The notes under the pieces: generated by a model
Seen by the model: only the letters and a program-made list of their open reading frames with translations
The model's database searches: none
Told to the model about the DNA's origin: nothing
Translations under genes and position numbers: made by a program
Shown: piece by piece, positions 46,667 to 56,065 of the stretch
Numbering within the stretch: position 1 is the stretch's first letter
How the letters are laid out: each line of letters starts with the position of its first letter
Source of the DNA: Candidatus Krumholzibacteriia bacterium
GTDB taxonomy: Bacteria > Krumholzibacteriota > Krumholzibacteriia > LZORAL124-64-63
Direction: 5' to 3'
Length of the DNA: 64,000 nucleotides
Assembly: GCA_050174015.1 (NCBI GenBank)
Contig: JBFXKG010000008.1
Span: forward strand, 128,001 to 192,000

Positions 46667-49600
46667 ATGAAACTGCGAGTCTTGATCACCCTGACCGCCG
46701 TCATGGTGTTCCTCCTGTGCGGAGGCTGCTCCCAGGAGGAACTCACCCCGACCGCTCCCCGGTCCGACGTGGACGGGATCTCCACCATCGTCCGCGCTCC
46801 CGAAGTCAACCTGGCGGAGATGGGCAAGGCCGCCGATGAAGCGGTCGCCGGCCGCTACATCATCCAGTTCACAGGCGACGTCGCCGACGTCAGGGACCGC
46901 GCCCGGGCCCTGGCCGACAAGTACGGTTTCGAGACGGGTTACGTCTATGAGCACGCCATCAAGGGGCTGCCCGCCCGGATCCCCGACACGGTGGCGGACC
47001 GGATCCGTCAGGAGGCCGGGGTCCTGAGGGTGACCCAGGACCGGCGCGCGCGGGTCCTGGTCCAGAGCCTGCCCACGGGCATCGACCGGATCGAGACCGA
47101 TCTCAATCCCATCGCCAACATCGACGGGAATCCCGACAACGTGGATGTCGACATCGCCGTCATCGACACCGGCATCGATTACAACCATCCCGACCTGAAC
47201 GTCGTCGGCGGCATCCGCATCCTGGGGGGCATCAGCCATCCCGACTTCATGGACGATTACGGCCACGGAACCCACGTGGCCGGCACCGCCGCCGCCATCG
47301 ACAACGACCTCGGCGTGGTCGGGGTGGCCCCGGGCGCCAGGCTGTGGGGCGTCAAGGTGCTCGACTCCTCGGGGTCGGGATCCTATTCGGACATCATCGC
47401 CGGCCTGGACTGGGTGACCGCCCGCGCCGCCGAGATCGAGATCGTCAACATGAGCCTGGGCGGTCTGGGCTGGGACCCCGCCTTCCATGACGCGGTCGCC
47501 GCCTGCGTGAACGCGGGCGTCGTGGTCGTGGTGGCCGCCGGCAACAGCGGCATGGACGTGTACGGCTTCGACCGGACCATCGGCAACTGGGACGACACGG
47601 TTCCCGCCGCCTTCCCCGAAGCCGCCGCCATCAGCGCCCTGGCCGACAGCGACGGGATGCCCGGCGGCTCCGGTCCCGCCACCTCGAGCGGTCCCGACGA
47701 CTCCTTCGCCACCTTCTCCAACTCCTCCCGGGCCGTTTACGCGGGTAACCCGGTCACCTCCCCGGGGCTGGCCATCGACCTGATCCTGCCCGGCGTGGAC
47801 ATCGTCTCCACCATCCCCGGCGGGGGTTACTATCCCGCCAGCGGGACCAGCATGGCCTCCCCGCACGCCGCCGGACTGGCGGCCCTGTACATCGCCGAGC
47901 ACGGCCGGGCCGGCGACGGCGCCGGCGTCTACGCCATCCGTCAGGCCCTGATCGACGCCGGCATGCCCCAGGGCGGCCCCGGCGGGCTGGCGACGTTGAA
48001 TGACCCCGACGGCAACCGTGAGCCCCTGGGCTGGGCCGCCCCCGCGGGCGGCGCGGCCGACGTCGCCTTCACCAATTTCACGGGCGAAACCGAGGTCATG
48101 GGGGGAGACATCCTTCACCTGGACGTCACCATCGCCAATCTGGGCGACCTGGACGCCACCGGCCCGTTCGACGCCTGGATCGGCGTCCAGGGCACTTCCT
48201 TCGAGCTTGCTCGGAAGACCTTGCCCCTGTTGCCCTCCGGAGTGTCCCGGTCGGTCACGATCAACTTCCTGGTTCCCGCCGCCGACCTCGCTGCTGCCGT
48301 CCCTCCCGGGACCTACACGCTGTTCGTGACCCATGACTTCAGCGACGCCAATCCCGGCAACGACCTGTTGACCCACGACGTGACCCTGCTCGGCGGCGTC
48401 GAGACAGGCACCATCGTGATCAATCCCGATCCGGACGCCCTGAACGCTCCCTGGAACCTGGTCGGTCCCGACAGCCTGGTCACCCCGGGGACGGGCGATG
48501 CGACCTTGACCGGCATGGCTGCGGGCGACTATTCCATCGAGTGGGGCGCCGTGGCCGGTTACATCGCTCCGGCCAACGCCGCCCTGACATTGACCGGGGG
48601 CGCCACCATCACCTTCGCCGGGACCTACACCCTGATCCCGGCCACCGGCACGGTGGTGATCAACCCGGATCCGGACGCCCTGAACGCTCCCTGGAGCGTG
48701 GTCGGGCCGGACAAGATCGAGTACACCGGCAACGGGGACGATACGTTGACCGACGTTCCCGCCGGCGACTACACCGTGACCTGGGGAGCGGTGGCCGGTT
48801 ATCTGGCCCCCGCCGGCGAGACCCTGACCCTGGCTGCCGACGCGACCATCACCTTCAACGGTGTCTACACCGAGGTGGCCATGACCGGAACGGTCGTGGT
48901 CGACGCCGTCCCCAACGCCCTGAACGCGCCCTGGACCCTCACCGGTCCCACCGGCGTGCTCAACGGCACCGGCGATCGGACCCGGACCGACATGCCCATC
49001 GGCGACTACACCATCGCCTGGGGCGAGGTCGCCGGCTGGATCGCCCCTGCGGGCGAAACCCTGACCCTGGTGGCCGACGCGACCATCACCTTCCAGGGTG
49101 TCTACACGCAGATCCCGACGACCGGGACGATCGTGATCAACCCCGATCCCGATTTCCTGAACGCCCCCTGGACCGTGTCCGGTCCCGACACCACCTCGGG
49201 CACCGGTGACCAGACGCTGGTCGACATGCCCCAGGGCGAGTACACCATCGCCTGGGGCGCGGTCGCGGGCTATGACGCGCCCGCGGGCGAGACCCAGACG
49301 CTGGTCGCCGAGCAGACGATCACGTTCGCCGGGACGTACACCGAGTCCCTGGGCTCGATCACGGTCGACAGCAACCCGGACGGCATCGGGGCGACGTGGA
49401 CGCTGACGGGTCCGGCCTCGTTCTCGTACAGCGGTGCGGGCGACGAGACGGTCCCGGACCTGGTGGCCGGGGATTACACGGTGACCTGGGCTGCGGTGGC
49501 GGGCTACACGACGCCGGTCGCTCAGACCAAGAGCCTGGCCGCGGGCGGTACGCAGACGTTCACCGGGACGTACGTGCGGATCCCGGTGGGCAGCGTGGTG

Positions 49601-50341
49601 ATCGACGCGGAGCCGAACGACATCAACGCTCCGTGGGAGCTGAGCGGTCCCGGCGGATTGCAGACCGGCAGGGGCGATGCGACGCTGAACGATCAGCCTG
49701 CGGGTAGCTACACGGTCACGTGGCTGGCGGTCGAGGGCTACGAGACGCCGGCGCCGGAGACGAAGAACGTGACGGACGGCGGTGTGGCGATCTTCCTGGG
49801 TCAGTACACCCCGGTGGGCAGCGGGGACTCGATCGGTTTCTGGTTCGACCAGGGCGCGTCGCAGAGCTGCGCGGAGGCGGCGTTCCTGGCGCACGTGCCG
49901 GCCTACCTCGTCTACAGCAATCCGTCGATCGGTGAGACGCGCGGGTTCGAGTGCGGGATTCAGTTCAGCGGCGGGGCGTCGTGGAACACCTCGATGAGCG
50001 TGAGTTTCCCGGTGCCGTCGACGAACGTCGGGGTGAACATTCCGATGGAAGGCACCTACAACTACATCGTGGGGTTCGGCACGCCGTTGCCGACGACGGT
50101 GAACACGGTGGTGGCGACGCTGGACATCTTCTACCTGGACTTCTTCGCCTTCGACATCGATCTGGGCCCGTCGAACCCGTCGTCGAGTCCGAACGGCGTG
50201 CCGGTGGTGTTGCGGCCGGACTTCACCGAGATGGAGATCCAGGCGGGCAGCCCGACGGCGACGTTGGCGCAGACCGGCGGTTGCGGGGCCAAGACGGCGT
50301 CTGCCGACAGCTACGAGGGCGTCCGCAACCTGTTCAAATAG
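46667..50341 (+). CDS. Second S8 peptidase lipoprotein, same architecture
   Basis: CGGC lipobox; IDTG, HGTHVAG, AAGN, GTSMASPH. Confidence 0.92.
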   Translation: MKLRVLITLTAVMVFLLCGGCSQEELTPTAPRSDVDGISTIVRAPEVNLAEMGKAADEAVAGRYIIQFTGDVADVRDRARALADKYGFETGYVYEHAIKGLPARIPDTVADRIRQEAGVLRVTQDRRARVLVQSLPTGIDRIETDLNPIANIDGNPDNVDVDIAVIDTGIDYNHPDLNVVGGIRILGGISHPDFMDDYGHGTHVAGTAAAIDNDLGVVGVAPGARLWGVKVLDSSGSGSYSDIIAGLDWVTARAAEIEIVNMSLGGLGWDPAFHDAVAACVNAGVVVVVAAGNSGMDVYGFDRTIGNWDDTVPAAFPEAAAISALADSDGMPGGSGPATSSGPDDSFATFSNSSRAVYAGNPVTSPGLAIDLILPGVDIVSTIPGGGYYPASGTSMASPHAAGLAALYIAEHGRAGDGAGVYAIRQALIDAGMPQGGPGGLATLNDPDGNREPLGWAAPAGGAADVAFTNFTGETEVMGGDILHLDVTIANLGDLDATGPFDAWIGVQGTSFELARKTLPLLPSGVSRSVTINFLVPAADLAAAVPPGTYTLFVTHDFSDANPGNDLLTHDVTLLGGVETGTIVINPDPDALNAPWNLVGPDSLVTPGTGDATLTGMAAGDYSIEWGAVAGYIAPANAALTLTGGATITFAGTYTLIPATGTVVINPDPDALNAPWSVVGPDKIEYTGNGDDTLTDVPAGDYTVTWGAVAGYLAPAGETLTLAADATITFNGVYTEVAMTGTVVVDAVPNALNAPWTLTGPTGVLNGTGDRTRTDMPIGDYTIAWGEVAGWIAPAGETLTLVADATITFQGVYTQIPTTGTIVINPDPDFLNAPWTVSGPDTTSGTGDQTLVDMPQGEYTIAWGAVAGYDAPAGETQTLVAEQTITFAGTYTESLGSITVDSNPDGIGATWTLTGPASFSYSGAGDETVPDLVAGDYTVTWAAVAGYTTPVAQTKSLAAGGTQTFTGTYVRIPVGSVVIDAEPNDINAPWELSGPGGLQTGRGDATLNDQPAGSYTVTWLAVEGYETPAPETKNVTDGGVAIFLGQYTPVGSGDSIGFWFDQGASQSCAEAAFLAHVPAYLVYSNPSIGETRGFECGIQFSGGASWNTSMSVSFPVPSTNVGVNIPMEGTYNYIVGFGTPLPTTVNTVVATLDIFYLDFFAFDIDLGPSNPSSSPNGVPVVLRPDFTEMEIQAGSPTATLAQTGGCGAKTASADSYEGVRNLFK

Positions 50342-50395
50342 TTCGACATCATCGATCCTGCGAGGACGGGGCCCGGCGTTCGCCGGGCCCCGTTT
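48883..50395 (+). repeat. Copy 2 of ~1.5 kb direct repeat
   Basis: Matches 44896-46408. Confidence 0.92.
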
Positions 50396-50397
50396 TT
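50366..50397 (+). terminator. Intrinsic terminator
   Basis: Same hairpin followed by TTTT. Confidence 0.78.
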
Positions 50398-50516
50398 CGA
50401 TAATTCCGGGAGTGACGGTTGATTTTCGAATTCCAGGTATGATAATTCGGGGTGATGTTAAATTTGCAACAACCGCCCGCCCGGCATCCTGACCAGGGCG
50501 AGAGGGGTGGAATGGA

Positions 50517-50894
50517 ATGATCCTCGGTCTCGGCACCGACCTCTGCGAGGTTTCCCGGATGCGGGAGGAGACGGCGGCTTCGGCGCGAGGGTTCGCCGAG
50601 GCCGTTTTCACTTCCGGGGAAATCGCCTATTGCCGGTCCAAGCACGATCCCGCCCAGCACTTCGCCGCACGCTTCGCGGCCAAGGAGGCCTGCGTCAAGG
50701 CCCTCGCGGCAGGCGCAGGCAGGGGCTCGTTCTGGCAGGACATCGAGGTCGTCCACGCCGAGGGCGGCCGGCCCCTGCTGCGCCTGATCGGGAGGGCCGG
50801 ACGAATCGCCGCCGACCTGGGGGTCCGGCAGGCCCACCTGTCCCTGAGCCACACGCGGGAGGCCGCGGTGGCGGTTGTTGTTCTCGAGGATTGA
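50517..50894 (+). CDS. acpS: Holo-ACP synthase
   Basis: GLGTD, FAARFAAKEA..KA, LSLSH. Confidence 0.93.
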   Translation: MILGLGTDLCEVSRMREETAASARGFAEAVFTSGEIAYCRSKHDPAQHFAARFAAKEACVKALAAGAGRGSFWQDIEVVHAEGGRPLLRLIGRAGRIAADLGVRQAHLSLSHTREAAVAVVVLED

Positions 50895-50921
50895 CCCCGG
50901 ACCCGGATGCAGGGAGAAGAC

Positions 50922-52616
50922 ATGACGGCACGACCGACCTATGAGCAACTCAAGCAGGACTTCGACTGGTCCCGGGCGGCCGCCGAACTCGGCATCGAGC
51001 CCGGTGCCCCGCTGAACATCGGCTGGTTCTGCAGCGACCGCATCTGCGACCTGGGCAAGCAGGACAAGGACGCCCTGCGCTGGGAGGACTTCCGGGGCGA
51101 ATCCCGGACCTACACCTTCGACGACGTCCGCGTCCTATCCAACACCTTCGCGTCCTTCCTGCAGGACCAGGGGGTGACGGCCGGGGACCGGGTGTGCATG
51201 TTCCTGGACCGGGTGCCCGAACTCTACATCGGGTTCCTGGGCGTCCTGAAGATGGGCGCGATCGTCCAGCCCCTGTTCTCGGCCTTCGGCGACGACTCCC
51301 TCCGGACCCGTCTGGACGACGCCTCGACCAGGGCCATCGTCACGCAGAAGAAGCACCTGGGCAAGGTGCGGCGGGCGCGGGAGAACCTGCCCGGCCTGGA
51401 ATTCGTGTTCGTGGTGGACGAGGCCAACCTGCGCGAGGGCGAGAACAGGCTGGATCTGGCGGGGCGGCCGCGGGTCGAGGATTACGCCTGCCATCCCACC
51501 ACGGCGGAGACGCCGTCGGTGCTCCACTACACCAGCGGGACCACCGGCCAACCCAAGGGCGCCCAGCACGTCCACAACTCCCTGGTCAGCCAGTACATCA
51601 CGGCGAAGTGGGTCCTCGACCTCGAGGAGGATGACGTCTACTGGTGCAACGCCGATCCCGGCTGGGTCACCGGGACCAGTTACGGCATCATCGGTCCCTG
51701 GAGCAACGGCGTCACCCAGGCCATCCTGGACGCGGGCTTCAACGCGGAGAAGTGGTACGCCTTCATCGAGCGCCAGCGGATCTCCGTCTGGTACTCCGCG
51801 CCGACCGCCATCCGCCTGCTGATGAAGGACGGGCTGGACCTGGTCAGGCGCTTCGACCTCTCCAGCCTGCGCCACCTGGCCAGCGTGGGCGAGCCGCTCA
51901 ACGCCGAGGCCGTCCTCTGGGGACGCGAGGCCTTCGGGCTGGACTTCCACGACACCTACTGGCAGACCGAGACCGGTTGCATGGTGATCACCAACTTTCC
52001 CGGCATGGAGGTCAGGCCCGGCAGCATGGGCAAGCCCTTCCCGGGGATCACGGCCGCGGTGCTCGACACCCGGACCTTCGAGCCGCTGACCCAGCCCGGC
52101 CAGGTCGGCCTGATCGCCATCCGCGAGGGGTGGCCGTCCCAGATCCGCGGGTACTGGAACAACCCGGAGGGGTACCGGAAGAAGATCGTGAACGGCTGGT
52201 ACATCTGCGGGGACCGCGCCAGCATCGACCCGGACGGCTACTACTGGTTCTGCGGCCGGGACGACGACGTGATCAACACGGGGGGCCACCTGGTCGGTCC
52301 CTTCGAGATCGAATCGGCGCTGCTGGAGCACCCGGCGGTGGCCGAATCCGCCGCCGTCGCCAAGCCGGATCCGGTGAACATGGAGGTGGTCAAGGCCTTC
52401 GTGACCCTCAAGGCGGGGTTCGAGCCCGGCAAGGATCTCGAGCTGGAGATCATGAACGTCATCCGCAAGAAGCTGTCGGGCCTGGCCATGCCCCAGGAGA
52501 TCGAGTTCATCGCCGAGCTGCCGAAGACGCGCAGCGGCAAGATCGTGCGCCGCATCCTGCGGGCGCAGGAGTTCGGAGAGCCCATCGGCGACGTGTCCTC
52601 GCTGATGAACGACTGA
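50922..52616 (+). CDS. Acetate/acyl--CoA(ACP) ligase, AcsA-like
   Basis: YTSGTTGQPKG, ADPGWVTG, WQTETG, LPKTRSGKIVRR. Confidence 0.9.
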   Translation: MTARPTYEQLKQDFDWSRAAAELGIEPGAPLNIGWFCSDRICDLGKQDKDALRWEDFRGESRTYTFDDVRVLSNTFASFLQDQGVTAGDRVCMFLDRVPELYIGFLGVLKMGAIVQPLFSAFGDDSLRTRLDDASTRAIVTQKKHLGKVRRARENLPGLEFVFVVDEANLREGENRLDLAGRPRVEDYACHPTTAETPSVLHYTSGTTGQPKGAQHVHNSLVSQYITAKWVLDLEEDDVYWCNADPGWVTGTSYGIIGPWSNGVTQAILDAGFNAEKWYAFIERQRISVWYSAPTAIRLLMKDGLDLVRRFDLSSLRHLASVGEPLNAEAVLWGREAFGLDFHDTYWQTETGCMVITNFPGMEVRPGSMGKPFPGITAAVLDTRTFEPLTQPGQVGLIAIREGWPSQIRGYWNNPEGYRKKIVNGWYICGDRASIDPDGYYWFCGRDDDVINTGGHLVGPFEIESALLEHPAVAESAAVAKPDPVNMEVVKAFVTLKAGFEPGKDLELEIMNVIRKKLSGLAMPQEIEFIAELPKTRSGKIVRRILRAQEFGEPIGDVSSLMND

Positions 52617-52657
52617 CTGCCGGCGGAAGGCCGGCGCAACCATGACGGGGAGCTGAC

Positions 52658-52909
52658 ATGGACGACCTGAAGCAGACCATTCTCGAGTACGTGATCGCTG
52701 AGTACGTGGAGGAGGACGACGACATCGAGGTGGGCTACGACACCGAGCTGATCAGCGGGGGACTGGTGGATTCGTTCTCGATGGTGTCGCTCAAGCGCTT
52801 CCTCGAGAACAAGTACGACATCCGGATTCCCGACGCCGACGCCTCCCCCGAGGCCTTCGACACCGTCAACAGCATCGCCGCACTGGTCGTGCGGTTCCGC
52901 GGCAAATAG
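52658..52909 (+). CDS. Acyl carrier protein
   Basis: Acidic 83 aa, GLVDSF phosphopantetheine motif. Confidence 0.9.
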   Translation: MDDLKQTILEYVIAEYVEEDDDIEVGYDTELISGGLVDSFSMVSLKRFLENKYDIRIPDADASPEAFDTVNSIAALVVRFRGK

Positions 52910-52926
52910 GGAACGGGAGGCAGGTC

Positions 52927-54174
52927 ATGGTCTATTCACCGGAAACGCGGACGGGGTACGCCCAGGAGCTCGGGGCCATCAAGGACGCCGGGCTGTTCAA
53001 GGTGGAGCGTTCCATCCACAGTCCTCAGAGCGCCGAGATCAAGGTCCGGTTCCCAGCCGGAGCCCCCCAGCGGGAGGTCCTGAACTTCTGCGCCAACAAC
53101 TACCTGGGATTGTCAAGCCATCCCGACGTGATCGCCGCCGCCCATGCGGGCCTGGACGATCGCGGCTACGGGATGTCCTCGGTGCGGTTCATCTGCGGCA
53201 CCCAGGACATCCACCACCGGCTGGAGAGGAAGCTGACGGAGTTCCTGGGCACCGAGGACACCCTGCTGTTCCCGTCCTGCATGGACGCCAACGCCGGGGT
53301 GTTCGAGGCGGTGCTGGGGCCCGAGGACGTGATGATCGCCGATCGCCTGGTCCACGCCTCCATCGTCGACGGGATGCGCCTCGCGCCCGCCGTCCGGGAC
53401 ACCTTCAAGCACTCGGACATGGGTCATCTGGAACGCAAGCTGGAGGAGCACCAGGACAAGCGCCGCCGGGTGATCATCACCGACGGCGTCTTCAGCATGG
53501 ACGGGGACCTGGCCAGGCTGGACGAGATCGTCGCCCTGGCGAAGAAGTACGACGCCATGGTGTTCGTGGACGACAGCCACGCCTCGGGTTTCATCGGCAG
53601 GACCGGTCGGGGCACCCACGAGCACTGCGGGGTCTTCGGCGAGATCGACATCATCACCACCACCCTGGGCAAGGGTCTGGGCGGGGCCTCGGGCGGCTGC
53701 GTCAGCGGCAGGGCCGAGATCGTGGAGATGTGCCGGCAGAAGGCGCGTCCCTACCTGTTCTCCAACACCGTGGCCCCGATGATCGTGGCCGGCGCCCTGA
53801 AGGTCCTCGATCTGATCTTCACCGACACCTCCCGCCGCGACAAGCTCGAGTGGAACACCGGCTACTGGCGCAAGGGCCTGGTGGAGATGGGCCTGGACGT
53901 CAAGGAGGGCGACAGCCCCATCGTGCCGGTCATGCTCTACAACGCCAAGCTGGCCCAGGACCTGAGCCGGGATCTGTACGACGAAGGCATCTACGCCGTC
54001 GGCTTCTTCTTCCCGGTCGTGCCCAAGGGGGCCGCCCGCATCCGGACCCAGCTCTCGGCGGCTCACGAGAAGGAGCACCTGGACAAGGGGCTGGAGGCGT
54101 TCCGCAAGGTCGCCGGGAAGCACGGCATCCTGGGTCTGGGCAAGAACGAGATCAAGGACAGGTTCGGACTCTAG
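52927..54174 (+). CDS. kbl: Glycine C-acetyltransferase (2-amino-3-ketobutyrate CoA ligase)
   Basis: NFCANNYLGL, SVRFICGTQ, DDSH, TLGKGLGG, ARIRTQ. Confidence 0.9.
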   Translation: MVYSPETRTGYAQELGAIKDAGLFKVERSIHSPQSAEIKVRFPAGAPQREVLNFCANNYLGLSSHPDVIAAAHAGLDDRGYGMSSVRFICGTQDIHHRLERKLTEFLGTEDTLLFPSCMDANAGVFEAVLGPEDVMIADRLVHASIVDGMRLAPAVRDTFKHSDMGHLERKLEEHQDKRRRVIITDGVFSMDGDLARLDEIVALAKKYDAMVFVDDSHASGFIGRTGRGTHEHCGVFGEIDIITTTLGKGLGGASGGCVSGRAEIVEMCRQKARPYLFSNTVAPMIVAGALKVLDLIFTDTSRRDKLEWNTGYWRKGLVEMGLDVKEGDSPIVPVMLYNAKLAQDLSRDLYDEGIYAVGFFFPVVPKGAARIRTQLSAAHEKEHLDKGLEAFRKVAGKHGILGLGKNEIKDRFGL

Positions 54175-54191
54175 CGGGATGGAGAAGATCC

Positions 54192-54497
54192 ATGTCCGGA
54201 GAACACGACATCAGGCTGCGGATGCCGTCCGGCTTGAACCCGACGGCGGAGGACCTGGAGGTCCTGCGGACCACGTTCCAGACCATCATCACGCTCGCCA
54301 GCGAGCGCAAGGGGGCCGTGAACGAGGATCTGGCCTGTCTGCGGGACAGGGGCTGGGAAGTCACCTGGGGGTTGACCTGGGTGGCCAGGGCAAGCAAGGA
54401 CAAGCACTTCGAGGAGGTCACGGCCTCGACGAAGGAGGAGGCCCTGGCCCAGCTCCGCCAGCACGTCGGACTGCACGAAGTCGAAGGCTGCCCCTGA
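54192..54497 (+). CDS. Hypothetical protein (101 aa)
   Basis: GGAGA RBS, host-like codon usage, directly after kbl. Confidence 0.65.
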   Translation: MSGEHDIRLRMPSGLNPTAEDLEVLRTTFQTIITLASERKGAVNEDLACLRDRGWEVTWGLTWVARASKDKHFEEVTASTKEEALAQLRQHVGLHEVEGCP

Positions 54498-54549
54498 ATC
54501 CGGAGCCTGGGGCGGGCGCCCGCCCCAGGCCCCCGGCGCCCGCGTCGCC

Positions 54550-55218
54550 TCAATGGCCGTCGATGCCGCCGATGCCGCTGACGCGGGTGTCCTTGTCGTC
54601 GGGATCCCCCCAGTAATCGAGGTTGCCCACCCCCGTGATCCTGCCCTTGAGGGACCGGGACGCGTGGACCTCCGCGTCGCCCGCTCCGGCGATGGACACG
54701 TCCACGCTCACCGCCTTCAGGTCACGGGCGTTCACGTCGCCCGCCCCCCGGATGTCGATTGCCAGCCGATCCACCTCGCCTGCGATGTCCAGGTTGCCGG
54801 CGCCCCGGCAATCGAAGACGAAGGAATCCCCGTGGAAGTCCGCGACCTCGACGTCGCCGGCGCCGTCGATGCGGATCTCCTTGAGATCGCGCAGGACCAG
54901 GGCGACCGTGCACGCCCCGTCCGGGCGGCAGTCCTTCTTCCAGTCCAGGACCAGGGTGCCGTCCTCCACCTCGGCCACGAGGTTGTCCCAAAGGTTGTCG
55001 TCGATGGTGACGTCGACCCGCTGACGGTCGGCGAACCGGATGTCCAGATCGAAGCCGCCCTCGATCCGGACTGCATCGATCCTTTCCAGGTCGAAACTGC
55101 GCGTTTCCAGGTCTCCCGAACCCCTGACTCCCCTGCCGGGGGACCAGGCGGCAGCGTTTGGCGCCGATCCGGCGAGGAGGGCCAGGGCCGTAAGGGCAAT
55201 CAGGACTTTGAATTTCAT
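54550..55218 (-). CDS. Secreted GIN/DUF2807 (autotransporter adhesin head-like) protein
   Basis: Signal peptide, GSG..ETR, IDDNL, repeated GAGD/GAGN motifs. Confidence 0.88.
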   Translation of the reverse strand: MKFKVLIALTALALLAGSAPNAAAWSPGRGVRGSGDLETRSFDLERIDAVRIEGGFDLDIRFADRQRVDVTIDDNLWDNLVAEVEDGTLVLDWKKDCRPDGACTVALVLRDLKEIRIDGAGDVEVADFHGDSFVFDCRGAGNLDIAGEVDRLAIDIRGAGDVNARDLKAVSVDVSIAGAGDAEVHASRSLKGRITGVGNLDYWGDPDDKDTRVSGIGGIDGH

Positions 55219-55383
55219 TTCCGTCTCCTGTTTGCGGGTGGCTGGGGGACGCTACCAAGACGTTCCGGGGACGCAAAAGGTTTACCCGAATCCCGCTGAC
55301 CGCCTTTTTTGGGCGCCCGACTTGCAATTGCCGAAGCGGGGGTTCACCTTTGCCGCATGAAACCATGTCCAAAGGCAATCGTG

Positions 55384-55950
55384 ATGAATGACAGATCGGG
55401 CTTCAGTCGACTCTTCCGGGAAATCACCATGCGCGTTTCCGAATTGTCCGACGATGACCGCAAATGGGTCCAGGAACGCACCGAACTCCTGTTCGGCGGC
55501 GATTTCGTGGTTTCCCGCGACGAGGTCCACGATCCCCACAAGCTGCCCGGTTTCATCGCCACCGAGGGTCCCGAACGGGTGGGTCTGGCCACCTACAGCA
55601 TCGACGGCCCCGATTGCGAGCTGGTGACCATCGACTCGCTCTGCCAGTTCATGGGCATCGGGACGCTGCTGCTCGAGCGGGTCGAGGAGACGGCCCGCCA
55701 GGCGGGTTGCACGCGGATCTGGTGCATCACCACCAACGACAATCTCGACGCCCAGCGTTTCTTCCAGAAGCGCGGCTTCGTCATCTCCGAGGTCCGGCTG
55801 GGTTCCATGGTCAAGATCCGTCTGCTCAAACCCAACGTGCCCCGGATCGGGTGCTACGGGATCCCCCTGCGCGACGAGATCGAGCTGTCGAAGCCCCTGG
55901 TCGATTTGCCCTCCCGGGAACCGTTCCAGCTCCCCCCAATTGACTGCTGA
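55384..55950 (+). CDS. GNAT family N-acetyltransferase
   Basis: GIGTLL, ITTNDNLDA.RFFQKRGF, IPLRDEIE; start may be 55429. Confidence 0.88.
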   Translation: MNDRSGFSRLFREITMRVSELSDDDRKWVQERTELLFGGDFVVSRDEVHDPHKLPGFIATEGPERVGLATYSIDGPDCELVTIDSLCQFMGIGTLLLERVEETARQAGCTRIWCITTNDNLDAQRFFQKRGFVISEVRLGSMVKIRLLKPNVPRIGCYGIPLRDEIELSKPLVDLPSREPFQLPPIDC

Positions 55951-56065
55951 CGAGCCTCCGCCCGGGGGTTATGATGCCGGGCGATGAAGTTCCCACCCGG
56001 GGAGACGCGTCCGGCGTCCGCGTGCGCCCGGCGGTTTCCCGACAGCACCCCGAAACGGAGGCACC

